DNA of 64,000 nucleotides, from assembly GCA_963675595.2 (NCBI GenBank), contig CAXXLZ010000001.1:1664001-1728000 (forward strand), given 5' to 3'. The notes beneath the pieces were generated by a model. That model ran no database searches, had not been told where the DNA came from, and saw only the letters and a list, made by a program, of their open reading frames with translations. The position numbers and the translations under genes are program-made. This DNA comes from Thermodesulfobacteriota bacterium. Lineage in GTDB: Bacteria > Desulfobacterota > Desulfarculia > JACQYL01. Below, one piece after another: positions 51,422 to 60,783 of the stretch (within the stretch, counting starts at the first letter, position 1; every line of letters begins with the position of its first letter).

Positions 51422-51777
51422 CTTCCCTCCACAAGTGGGCATGATCACATCGGTGAACAGGTTCAAGAGCGTCTCTTGCCTTTACTATGGGGAAGACTTT
51501 TTGGAAAGTCCAAGTCGTTCCCCTCGAATTCCCCTCGAGAGGAAGAGTTGCCGGTAGGGACACAGGGGTGCGGCCGTATACGGCTGAAAGAGGCGTTCGA
51601 CGCGTTGCGGCCCGAAACGGGAAGCTAGGCGTTATCGGCATCCACCGCGGTATGATTCGCCTGGGACGTCGCACGACGTGCGTCGCGCCGAGACGATGCC
51701 GGTTGCCTAAATCTCTTTTCCAAACACCCGGCTCCGGCAACAGTCGTTAGGCGTTTTGGGAGACTTCGAACGAACGC

Positions 51778-52188
51778 TCACAGGCCCCAGAAGAAGTGCA
51801 CCTTGACGGGCTTGCTTTGGATCATCGCCTCTTTTTGCCGAGCAACGTCCCGATAGACGGCGGTCACCCTATACTTTCCCGCAGGAAGATCGGCGAAAAA
51901 CCAGGGACCGTCGGAAAGCGCGTCGAGGATTTCCTTTCCTTCCGAATTCTCTATGGTCACCCGCACGCCGGCCACATAAGATCCCGAAGTTTTTGAAAAT
52001 ACGAGTTGTAGGTTGTAGTCAGCGGCCAGTAACTTCATGGCCTCCCTTTCCTCGATTCCGACCCCTCCGCTGATGTGCCGGATACCCTCGAACATACCGG
52101 CAAATGTGGGAGGAACTCCCAACCATGAGCCCAAGACCAGCGAAACAAAGACGGAAAAAAGAATCCCTCTCCGAAACTTCCTGTTCAT
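51778..52188 (-). CDS. Secreted carboxypeptidase-regulatory-like (Ig-fold) protein
   Basis: Signal peptide; SGGVG..E, DGPWFFADLPAGKY. Confidence 0.75.
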   Translation of the reverse strand: MNRKFRRGILFSVFVSLVLGSWLGVPPTFAGMFEGIRHISGGVGIEEREAMKLLAADYNLQLVFSKTSGSYVAGVRVTIENSEGKEILDALSDGPWFFADLPAGKYRVTAVYRDVARQKEAMIQSKPVKVHFFWGL

Positions 52189-52592
52189 TCCACTTTCTCC
52201 TTGCTCGACTCTATGGTCGGTTCAGGTTCGCTATCGGTTGCCGTACCCATGAGGCATCCGACGACCGCGATCAGGCCTGATTCCATGTGCGTCTCCGCCC
52301 CGTGTCCTTTCGCGACCATAAAACTCGACGCCCCCGGCAATTCCATGCAGGACCATTCAGCTTGCGCACGGTACTTCAACAGGGCATTCTTTTTATTTTA
52401 CGATGATGATTCTACAGCGATAAATCGGGTCTTCGAGGTATCTTCCCGTTCAGCGAAGTGTGCCGGGGGAGAAGAAACAGTGGATAGCCGGTGGGTAAAT
52501 CGTGACTTATGAACCTGAAACGACAGGAAGGGAAGGGGTACAACGAGCCGGGCGGTCAGCGGCAGGTCGTCGGAACCGACCATAAGGACGCG

Positions 52593-53609
52593 CTATTGCC
52601 ATCTGAGCGAAGACACCTCGAAAGCGAGCCAGCAACGAGATCCAGGACTGAGACACAGCCGACCGAATTGGGCCGTTTCCATTTCGGCCACCCACTGGAG
52701 CCCTCCACCGGATAGGCCCAAAGCCAGTTTTGCCGAGTCGTTTTCCAAAGCGACGTGAAGCAACGTACATTCCAGAACATTCTGCCCCGGTCGAGATTCC
52801 GGCGGCGCCGGATGAATATGCATGTCGGCCGCCTCCAACACAGCCTGCGAGGTTCCCGAGGGTTGAGCAGGCAGCCGAATCTCGGTGCCTCCCTCTAAGA
52901 CTTTGACCGGCCCTTCGGCCGATTTGAGTTCAAACGGCCCATGAATGAATGTACCCGGGCCGGAACAGGTCAGCCGACCTTCAACAAGAGTCAGGGTCCG
53001 ATCCGCCACCGCTTGCAGCCAAAACCGGTCATGAGTGGCAATGATCAGTGTAGCGCCCCATTCTTCTCTCGCGCGCACCGAGGCCGTTTTGATCAGGGAG
53101 ACGCTGGGGGCATCAACACCGGAAGTAGGTTCGTCGAGCAAGAGCACCCGGGGTTTCAGAACCAACCGGGCGGCCAGAGCCACTCTTCTCGCCTCTCCTC
53201 CGGACAGGGCATACCAAGGCCGACCGGCGAACTTCTCCGGTGACAACCCTACCCACTTCAGCGCCTCACCGACCCGTTCCCTCATCCTCCCGGTCTCGCC
53301 GCGGGCTCTCAGACCATACGACACGTTTTCGAAAACGGATCGCTTAAGCAGGTAAGGTTCCTGAAAAAGGAGCGTGACCTTCTTGCGCAGAGAAGGGTCT
53401 TTAGGATCGGCGGCACGTCCCTCGAATCTGATCTCGCCACGGGTGCACTCTTCCAGAAAGCCGAGTATTCTCAAGAGGGTACTCTTCCCGCTTCCGTTGG
53501 GCCCCACCAATCCGGTGATCGAACCTTGAGCGATGGCCAATCGATCGATGGCGACTGCAATGGAAGCACGGTACCGATGCTCCAGACGTAGAATCTCGTA
53601 GAGGTCCAA
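52593..53609 (-). CDS. tupC: Tungstate ABC transporter ATPase
   Basis: GPNGSGKST, LSGGE, LLLDEPT; context. Confidence 0.85.
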   Translation of the reverse strand: MDLYEILRLEHRYRASIAVAIDRLAIAQGSITGLVGPNGSGKSTLLRILGFLEECTRGEIRFEGRAADPKDPSLRKKVTLLFQEPYLLKRSVFENVSYGLRARGETGRMRERVGEALKWVGLSPEKFAGRPWYALSGGEARRVALAARLVLKPRVLLLDEPTSGVDAPSVSLIKTASVRAREEWGATLIIATHDRFWLQAVADRTLTLVEGRLTCSGPGTFIHGPFELKSAEGPVKVLEGGTEIRLPAQPSGTSQAVLEAADMHIHPAPPESRPGQNVLECTLLHVALENDSAKLALGLSGGGLQWVAEMETAQFGRLCLSPGSRCWLAFEVSSLRWQ

Positions 53610-53615
53610 GCTTAT

Positions 53616-54308
53616 TCAGACGCTTTTTCGTTTAAGAAAGGAGAGGCTCACGTTCACGGCCAAGGCGATGGTCAAAAGAACAATCCCCAGAGCGATGCCC
53701 TGGGCGAACTCACCTTTGCCGGTTTCCAGAGCGATGGCGGTGGTCAGAGTTCGGGTGTGCCATTTAATGTTTCCCCCGACCATCATGGAAATTCCCACTT
53801 CGGACACGATCCGCCCGTAAGCCGTCACTCCCGCCGCCAAGAGCGCCGTCCGCGCCTCATGGACCGTGGTCCACAGAAGTCTCGCGCGCCCCGCACCCAG
53901 CGTAAGTAGTGTTGGGGCGAGACGGGAATCGAGTCCCTCCACAGCCGCGGCCGTAAGGGCGATCACTATGGGAAGCCCCAGGAGCGTCTGCCCAACGGCA
54001 ACACCGGGGAGAGTGAAAAGGAGCCCCCACTCGCCCAGCGGTCCATGCCTTGAAAGGAGGGCGTAAACCAGTAGCCCTATGACTACGGTGGGAAACGCCA
54101 GAAGTGTCTCCACCAGGGTCACGACCACACTTCTGAAAGGGAAACGGCAATGTCCCAAAAGGAAGCCGCATGGCACTCCGAGAATAATGCTCGCGGCAAC
54201 GGACAGCGAAGATACCTTGACGGTAGTGGAAATAGCCGACACCGTTGCCGGATCACCGGAGAAGAGAAGTTCTAGAGCGTTGTTGAACCCCTGCAGCAGG
54301 TAATTCAT
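53616..54308 (-). CDS. tupB: Tungstate ABC transporter permease
   Basis: PTVVIGL, GRIVSEVG.SMMVGGNIKWHTRT.TTAIALE. Confidence 0.92.
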   Translation of the reverse strand: MNYLLQGFNNALELLFSGDPATVSAISTTVKVSSLSVAASIILGVPCGFLLGHCRFPFRSVVVTLVETLLAFPTVVIGLLVYALLSRHGPLGEWGLLFTLPGVAVGQTLLGLPIVIALTAAAVEGLDSRLAPTLLTLGAGRARLLWTTVHEARTALLAAGVTAYGRIVSEVGISMMVGGNIKWHTRTLTTAIALETGKGEFAQGIALGIVLLTIALAVNVSLSFLKRKSV

Positions 54309-54333
54309 GCGGCGGGCCGGCGTTGACGGCGGT

Positions 54334-55179
54334 CTAATGCGACGCGTTGGGTATGAAGAGTGGTTTTCCCAAGATGCGAAAGTCGCCGATCAATTGCTGC
54401 GCTTTCTCGGACCGCATCCACTCGATGTACTTCACTGCGAGGTCGTAGCGAACGTTCGGGCATCGCTTTGGACTTACGGCTATGACGCTGTATTGGTTAC
54501 GCAACTCCGGGTCTCCCTCGACAAGAATCACCAAGCCGGGTTTCCCCTTCTCCAGGGACTCGTACTTCATGTATGTGCCGCGGTCCGTCAGGGCGTACCC
54601 GTGCCGCTCGGTTGCGGTCATCAGCGTGGTCATCATGCCCTGCCCCGTCTGTACGTACCACGTCTCCTTGTCCGGAGCGTCGACGCCGGCCTTTTTCCAG
54701 AGTTTGAGTTCCATGAGGTTGGTCCCGGAACGATCCCCTCGACTCACAAAAGTCGAGCCTTTCTCCTTCAAAGCCCGCAAAGCTTGGGCGGCCGACATGG
54801 ACTTGACCGCGGCCGGATCCGATTGGGGACCGACGATCACGAAATCATTGTACATGATCTGAGTTCGACTCACCCCGTAACCGTCGGACACATAAACCGC
54901 CTCGGCATCCGGAGCATGAACAAGCAACACGTCCACGTCGCAGTTCTTCCCCAACTCCAGTGCCTTACCGGTGCCCACCGAAAGCCACTGGAGATCCACG
55001 GAAGCCCACTTCTCGAAGTGGGGCTCCAGATAATCCAGGAGTCCCGTATTGTCGGTGCTCGTTGTCGTGGCGAGCCGGAGTACCGGTTCGGCCTCGGACT
55101 TTCCCCACCCCGACGGACACGTCATTACAACCAACAGGATGGAAAGCAGCAGTATCGAAAGACAGTTCACCCGTCTCAT
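54334..55179 (-). CDS. tupA: Tungstate-binding periplasmic protein
   Basis: ATTTSTDNTGLL signature, GTGKAL, VHAP, MYNDF, SRGDRSGT, DRGTY. Confidence 0.94.
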   Translation of the reverse strand: MRRVNCLSILLLSILLVVMTCPSGWGKSEAEPVLRLATTTSTDNTGLLDYLEPHFEKWASVDLQWLSVGTGKALELGKNCDVDVLLVHAPDAEAVYVSDGYGVSRTQIMYNDFVIVGPQSDPAAVKSMSAAQALRALKEKGSTFVSRGDRSGTNLMELKLWKKAGVDAPDKETWYVQTGQGMMTTLMTATERHGYALTDRGTYMKYESLEKGKPGLVILVEGDPELRNQYSVIAVSPKRCPNVRYDLAVKYIEWMRSEKAQQLIGDFRILGKPLFIPNASH

Positions 55180-55450
55180 TACTCACCTCCGTCTGGATCT
55201 CTCGTCCGGATTCTCGAGGGAACGGGTCGCTCCGTGAAATCAATGCCGCTGAAGAAAATCGCTGATGAACTCCACGTAGACCGTCGACCCGCAGCGCAAC
55301 AGAGCAGACTCGCCTTCTCAAATCGAAAACGGGAACAAGGCCGTTATGCCCGTCATGCAAGTCCCTGATTTGGGAAGCTCACGCCGGCACAAAGCCGATC
55401 CCCTTCATCATTCCGCTATAGGAAGGAATTCCTACATCGCTTGGGAAATT

Positions 55451-55475
55451 ATGTCAAGATTGATACATATGACAT
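55451..55475. promoter_or_regulatory. Palindromic operator upstream of tupABC
   Basis: ATGTCA-N13-TGACAT; left half overlaps a minus-strand TTGACA -35 hexamer. Confidence 0.55.
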
Positions 55476-55541
55476 CCAGTCCCTGCTTTCATCCCGCCAC
55501 GGGTCCGACCGCTCGCCAAACTCATAACAGATGATTTTGTT

Positions 55542-55570
55542 TTGCAAAATCTGCAGCGGACGGTTATAAA
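55542..55570 (+). promoter_or_regulatory. Putative sigma70 promoter of pgi-glk
   Basis: TTGCAA-N17-TATAAA. Confidence 0.45.
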
Positions 55571-55745
55571 TCGTACGCGGCACTATGTAACACTTCGTAA
55601 TATGCCGCCGAACCGGTGATGCCGCAATTTGCGAACTCCCCGTGTGTATTGGAAATTTCGGATTTCTCGGCCCGAAACATAATACGGATGCCTATGCGAA
55701 GGCTTTTCCTTCGCTTACAGCCCACGGGCATTCAGTGGAGATACT

Positions 55746-57416
55746 ATGCCGACCGACCCCTTTACTCTTCCCCTTCACGACCAGGAAAGCATCATCCGAC
55801 GATTCTGGAACAAGGACGCCGGTCTATATTCTTCCGAGCCCGCCGTCCGGGAAGCCGTAAACAATCGTCTGGGCTGGATCGATGTCTCGGCTTTTACCAA
55901 GACGCGTTTAGACGAAATCACGGCATTTGCAGGCCAAGTCCGGGACTCCGGGATCAGGAACGTCGTGCTCCTGGGAATGGGAGGTTCCAGTTTGTCGCCT
56001 TTGGTGTTCAGGGAAGTTTTCGGGTCGGCCGCCGGGTATCCTTCCCTGTTCGTGTTGGACACCACGGATCCGGAAGAAATTTCAAGAGTTGAGGCCGCAA
56101 TAGCCCTGGAACACACTATCTTTTTGGTGAGCAGCAAGTCGGGAACCACCATCGAACCCAATGCTCTACTCGCCTACTTCCATGAACGACTGAAAACGGT
56201 CGTCAAAGAGCCGGGCAGACATTTTGTCGCCGTCACCGACCCCAACACAGAACTTCAGCGACTCGCGGAAGAACGAGGGTTTCTGAAGGCCTGGATCAAT
56301 CCCTCCGACATCGGCGGCAGGTATTCCGCCCTGTCCTTGTTCGGGATGATCCCCGCGGCGCTGTTGGGTTTGGATGTGGGCGGAATGCTTGAACGTACGG
56401 CAGGAATGGAGAATGCCTGCAAGGCTCCTGCGTTCGACGACAACCCGGGAGCCCGACTCGGCGCATTCATGGCCAAAATGGTAAATTCGGGCAGAAACAA
56501 ACTCACTCTCTTTACTTCACCGGCTCTGGCCTCGTTCGGGCTTTGGGTGGAACAGCTTATTGCCGAAAGCACGGGAAAGAGCGGCACCGGCGTGATTCCC
56601 ATCGTGGGGGAACCTTTCGCCGAAGGTTACGCTTACCCGTCCGACCGATGTTTCGTGGTCATGCAGCTAGCAGGAGACGACGACCGATCTTTGAAGGAAG
56701 CCACGGCTTCCCTGCGGGGACGAGGGTATCCTCTGGAAACCGTCGAGCTCAGCGATCGCCTTGATTTGGCGGGGGAGATGTTTCGGTGGGAGATGGCGAC
56801 GGCCCTTTGCGGGGTTTTCTTGGGAATCAACCCGTTCGATGAGCCGAACGTCTCGGAAAGCAAGGCCAACACCACGCAGATACTCGACCATTTGAAAACG
56901 CAAGGGGAACTCCCCCTCTCTCTGTCCCCTCCCCTTTATCACGGAATCCGGTTTGGAGACTCTGAGATCACCAACCCCCAAAAGGTCTTTTCCCAACTTT
57001 TCGAGAGCGTTCCGGAAAACGGCTATGTCGCCTATCTGTTCTACCTCCCTTACGGGAGTGCGGTCGAAAAAGTACTTGACCGGCTGCGGCGCACCACGCT
57101 GAACCATTTGAAATGCGCAACGGTGGCCGGATTCGGGCCTCGCTACCTCCATTCGACAGGGCAGGAGCACAAGGGGGGACCGAGAATCGGCGCCTACGTT
57201 CTGGTAACACGCCCTCCCCTCCGAGAGCCCGTCGTCCCGGGTTTCGGTTTCTCTTTCGGGGACCTTGAGACGGCGCAAGCGCTGGGAGATTATAGGGCCT
57301 TAGCGTCCAGACAGCTTCCGATCGTTCACGCACACCTCCCCGAAGACTGGGAGAACGCCCTGGAACCTCTGGAAAATTCGGTTCGGGAAGCATTAATTTC
57401 TCTTACGGCCGGATAG
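55746..57416 (+). CDS. pgi: Glucose-6-phosphate isomerase (Tal-Pgi C-terminal type)
   Basis: LGMGGSSL, SSKSGTT.E, GGRYSALS, QLIAESTGK, NPFDEPNV, GPRYLHSTGQ. Confidence 0.9.
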   Translation: MPTDPFTLPLHDQESIIRRFWNKDAGLYSSEPAVREAVNNRLGWIDVSAFTKTRLDEITAFAGQVRDSGIRNVVLLGMGGSSLSPLVFREVFGSAAGYPSLFVLDTTDPEEISRVEAAIALEHTIFLVSSKSGTTIEPNALLAYFHERLKTVVKEPGRHFVAVTDPNTELQRLAEERGFLKAWINPSDIGGRYSALSLFGMIPAALLGLDVGGMLERTAGMENACKAPAFDDNPGARLGAFMAKMVNSGRNKLTLFTSPALASFGLWVEQLIAESTGKSGTGVIPIVGEPFAEGYAYPSDRCFVVMQLAGDDDRSLKEATASLRGRGYPLETVELSDRLDLAGEMFRWEMATALCGVFLGINPFDEPNVSESKANTTQILDHLKTQGELPLSLSPPLYHGIRFGDSEITNPQKVFSQLFESVPENGYVAYLFYLPYGSAVEKVLDRLRRTTLNHLKCATVAGFGPRYLHSTGQEHKGGPRIGAYVLVTRPPLREPVVPGFGFSFGDLETAQALGDYRALASRQLPIVHAHLPEDWENALEPLENSVREALISLTAG

Positions 57417-57487
57417 CATCTTCGGCAAAACCCGACGCCGTTGAGCTTTTCTTTTTCTCCAATGATTGAACAAGGATAGGGTTTCCA

Positions 57488-58498
57488 TTGATGCATCCAT
57501 CCACTCCGGAGGCCGCACAACGCGTTCTGGCCGGAGACATCGGCGGAACAAAGGTTAATATCGGTCTGTTTTCCATGGATTCCGGTCGACCGGTACCGTT
57601 GGCGATCAGGACCTATCCGAGCAAAGGTCACCGTAACCTGGAAGAAATTATCGAGGTGTTTCTCGGGGAGACGGAATCGCACCGCGGCCCATGCTGTTTC
57701 GGCGTGGCGGGTCCCGTGGTCAATGGAAAATGTTTCACCACAAATCTGCCCTGGGTGGTGAGTGAGCAATCCCTCAAATCCGCCTTTGGATTCTCTTCCG
57801 TTTCGTTGATAAACGACCTCGTGGCCACGGCTGAGGCCATCGCCGTATTAGGCGAATCCGACTTTCACGTTCTGAACCCCGGAATCAGTCAACCTCGGGC
57901 GGGAATCGGGCTCATAGCAGCCGGTACCGGACTGGGCGTTGCGCTGATGGTGTGGAACGGCGACGAATACATCCCAGTGGCATCCGAAGGCGGACACGCC
58001 GATTTTGCACCCGCCAATCCGCTGCAGGTGGAGCTTTGGTATTACCTCAGGAGGAAATTCGGCCACGTTAGTTGTGAACGGGTGATTTCAGGCCCGGGTC
58101 TCGCCCATATCTATGACTTTCTGCATAAAAAGGGTGAGGCGGAGGCCGATCCGGAAACAGCCGCCAAGCTGAAGTCCGAAGACCCTTCCCGCGTGATCGC
58201 GGAAGCCGCTTTAGCGGGCAAATGCGGCCTTTGCCGGATGGCCCTGGACATGTTCGTCCATGCCTACGGGGCCGAAGCCGGCAACTTGGCACTGCGTGCG
58301 TTCACAGTGGGCGGAATGTTTCTTGGGGGCGGCATTGCCCCCAAAATTCTGGGAAAACTAACGGACAGGGGCTTTATGAAGGCCTTTGTGGCGAAAGGGC
58401 GGCTGGGAAGCACACTCTCGAAAATCCCGGTCAAGGTAATTCTAAATGATAAGGCGGCGCTTTTGGGTGCGGCTCGAAGGGGCTTCTCTCAGGTCTGA
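57488..58498 (+). CDS. glk: Glucokinase
   Basis: AGDIGGTK, GVAGP, TNLPW, IND, SEGGH, ERVISGPGL, GGGIAPK. Confidence 0.93.
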   Translation: MMHPSTPEAAQRVLAGDIGGTKVNIGLFSMDSGRPVPLAIRTYPSKGHRNLEEIIEVFLGETESHRGPCCFGVAGPVVNGKCFTTNLPWVVSEQSLKSAFGFSSVSLINDLVATAEAIAVLGESDFHVLNPGISQPRAGIGLIAAGTGLGVALMVWNGDEYIPVASEGGHADFAPANPLQVELWYYLRRKFGHVSCERVISGPGLAHIYDFLHKKGEAEADPETAAKLKSEDPSRVIAEAALAGKCGLCRMALDMFVHAYGAEAGNLALRAFTVGGMFLGGGIAPKILGKLTDRGFMKAFVAKGRLGSTLSKIPVKVILNDKAALLGAARRGFSQV

Positions 58499-58673
58499 CG
58501 ATTTCGCGGCGCCGGTGCCGCCCGCACCACTGGAAAAAAAGACTCAATCAGAAGGTAATATTGAACGATCTAATATTATGGTCTCACGGCCTAATCGATC
58601 AGAAAGGTTTAAAAACCATCGGCGCTACTAAGCGAGACTCGCCCATCGGAGGATAAGCAAAGACGCTACCGGT

Positions 58674-59438
58674 ATGGATATCGCAACTGTTATAGGCCTT
58701 GCAGGCGGCACAATCCTGATCGTCCTCGCCATTGTATTGGGAGGCAATGCTCTCGTATTCATGAACATTCCCGGCCTCCTGATCGTCATTGGAGGCACCT
58801 TCGCGGCTTCGTTCATCAAATTTTCCCTTGCGGACGTCGTGAACTCTGTGAACGTTGCCATGCAGGCATTCAAGTCCAAAGAAGAAAACCTGGAAACGAT
58901 CATCGCCAAGATGGTGGAACTAGCCGGAGTGGCCAGACGCGACGGCCTTATCGCCTTGGAACAGCAGCGCTTTGATGACGATTTCGTCGACAAGGCAATC
59001 CAGTACCTGGTTGACGGCTACGACGAGTACGCCATCAAGGAAACCCTGGAGCAAAACATCCAACTCACGGTTTTTCGGCACTCGGTGGGACAAAATGTGT
59101 TCAAAGGGATGGGGGATTCCGCACCGGCTTTCGGAATGATCGGAACCCTGATCGGGCTGGTGCAGATGTTGAGCAACCTGTCCGACCCCAAAGCCATCGG
59201 CCCGTCCATGGCGGTGGCGTTGCTGACCACCCTTTACGGGGCTCTTATCGCCAACCTCGTTTGCCTGCCGCTGGCCGACAAGTTGGCTTTGAGGAGTCAA
59301 CACGAACAAATCAGAAAGAATCTGATCCTCGTGGCCGTCCAGGGAATCAGCAAAGGCCTGAACCCGAGAGTGCTCGAGGAATCCCTCAAGGCCTTCCTGG
59401 ATCCCAAAAAGAGGAAAGCTTCTTCTCCGGCGACCTGA
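58674..59438 (+). CDS. motA: Flagellar-type stator A subunit (PomA/MotA)
   Basis: IVIGGT, RRDGLIALE, APAFGMIGTLIGLVQML, AVALLTTLYG. Confidence 0.93.
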   Translation: MDIATVIGLAGGTILIVLAIVLGGNALVFMNIPGLLIVIGGTFAASFIKFSLADVVNSVNVAMQAFKSKEENLETIIAKMVELAGVARRDGLIALEQQRFDDDFVDKAIQYLVDGYDEYAIKETLEQNIQLTVFRHSVGQNVFKGMGDSAPAFGMIGTLIGLVQMLSNLSDPKAIGPSMAVALLTTLYGALIANLVCLPLADKLALRSQHEQIRKNLILVAVQGISKGLNPRVLEESLKAFLDPKKRKASSPAT

Positions 59439-59444
59439 GGAATT

Positions 59445-60413
59445 TCAGCTTTCCGCCTTCTCGCCGGCGGGCGCCGAGAACGGATTATCGTGGGGCTTCG
59501 TCCAGATGATCTCGACTCTGCGGTTCTTGCTTCGCCCCTCCGCATCTTCGTTGGAAGCCACCGGGCGATACTCCCCGAATCCCATGGTTGCGATGCGATT
59601 GGGTTCGATCAACCCTCTCTCCATGAAGAATTCGGCCACCGAGGCTGCTCGCGCAACCGAGAGCTCAAGATTGGACTTGAACGGCCCCCCGCGGATGGGG
59701 AGATTGTCCGTATGGCCCGCAATGATTACGTCACCCGGCCGTTCCTTAAAAAACTTGCCCACTTTCTCGAGGATGGGAATCATCTCCTTTTGGATGTCGG
59801 CTTTTCCGAGCTCAAAAGTAGGTTCATCGGATAGAACCAGTCTGACCTGCCCTCCGCCCTGCTCGACCGTAACATTCTGTCCCATGTCTTTAAGCTCGAA
59901 TTCGAGCTGTTTGACGTCCGACAGGTCTTTGTCGCTCAAAGCGAGCGCTTGCTCCTTCTCATCGAGATCTTTGGCCTTTTCCTGCTCATCTTTTTGGGAT
60001 TCGGCTTTTTTACCTGCATTTTCGCCCTTTTCTCCCTTTTCGGACTTTTCTCCCTTTTCTCCTTTCTTCGTTTCCTCCGAATGCCGTTTGCGGCCTTTTT
60101 CCAGACTCTTCGTCACTTCATAACGAGTGGGTCCGTACTTCTGATCCTCACGCGTTTCCAGCATGGACTGATCGAAGTCCTTGGAAACCATGGTGGTGCC
60201 TCTGGGCATCTGGAAAACGGGATTCTGCTTCTGGACACCGAAGGCTTGTGCGAGAGAGCCTGCAAGTTCCTTGTATTTCTGTGCGTCCATCTCCGAAAAG
60301 GACAGCAACAACACGAAGAAACACAAGAGCAGGCTCATGAGGTCCCCGAAGGTAACAACCCACATGGGGGCCCCCTTTACTTCACCTCCCGATTGTCCGA
60401 TCTGTGCAGCCAC
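59445..60413 (-). CDS. motB: Flagellar-type stator B subunit (PomB/MotB), OmpA-like C-terminus
   Basis: WVVTFGDLMSLLLCFFVLL with conserved Asp; GHTDN, NLELSVARA, NRRVEI. Confidence 0.93.
   Translation of the reverse strand: MAAQIGQSGGEVKGAPMWVVTFGDLMSLLLCFFVLLLSFSEMDAQKYKELAGSLAQAFGVQKQNPVFQMPRGTTMVSKDFDQSMLETREDQKYGPTRYEVTKSLEKGRKRHSEETKKGEKGEKSEKGEKGENAGKKAESQKDEQEKAKDLDEKEQALALSDKDLSDVKQLEFELKDMGQNVTVEQGGGQVRLVLSDEPTFELGKADIQKEMIPILEKVGKFFKERPGDVIIAGHTDNLPIRGGPFKSNLELSVARAASVAEFFMERGLIEPNRIATMGFGEYRPVASNEDAEGRSKNRRVEIIWTKPHDNPFSAPAGEKAES
60019..60063. repeat. 9-bp in-frame tandem repeat x5 within motB
   Basis: ttttcgccc ttttctccc ttttcggac ttttctccc ttttctcct, encoding (K)GEKGEKSEKGEKGEN. 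Confidence 0.85.
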
Positions 60414-60570
60414 GGTTGGCCCTCTCCGTTCTCAGAATTTTCGGAGCGACTCCGCTCTCAACGGCGGCCCGGGCTCCGAGACGGTGCTTTGCCACCGTCG
60501 CTTTGGGTAAGGTGCCGGCGGAACCCGGCGCTTGCGCCCATCCTTGCAAGCGTGAATTTTCTAGTTTTGT

Positions 60571-60599
60571 ATTATAGGCCTACATTCTTAAGCAGTCAA
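60571..60599 (-). promoter_or_regulatory. sigma70 promoter of motB
   Basis: Minus strand TTGACT-N17-TATAAT. Confidence 0.75.
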
Positions 60600-60710
60600 A
60601 AGTGCCTGTCGGTATCATCGGCAATCACACCGGTAGTACTTGAGTCCAAACCCCGCGGTTTCCTGATGAAGATTTACCGGATAATCGGAACCCCTAAAAG
60701 CGAGCGGGTT

Positions 60711-60739
60711 TTGACAGCTTAATCCGCGAAAGGTAGAAT
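60711..60739 (+). promoter_or_regulatory. sigma70 promoter of the TPR-SLH gene
   Basis: TTGACA-N17-TAGAAT. Confidence 0.75.
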
Positions 60740-60783
60740 ACGCTTCCATGCTTAGTAGGTTATCGGACAACTGTGGAGACTTC

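Noticed and set aside
58674-60413. Zorya ZorA/ZorB anti-phage system
   Set aside because: A subunit is 254 aa with canonical stator motifs and no long tail; no zorC/D/E
59430-60450. motB as a recombinase-invertible phase-variation cassette
   Set aside because: No convincing flanking inverted repeats, no recombinase nearby, and motB has its own promoter
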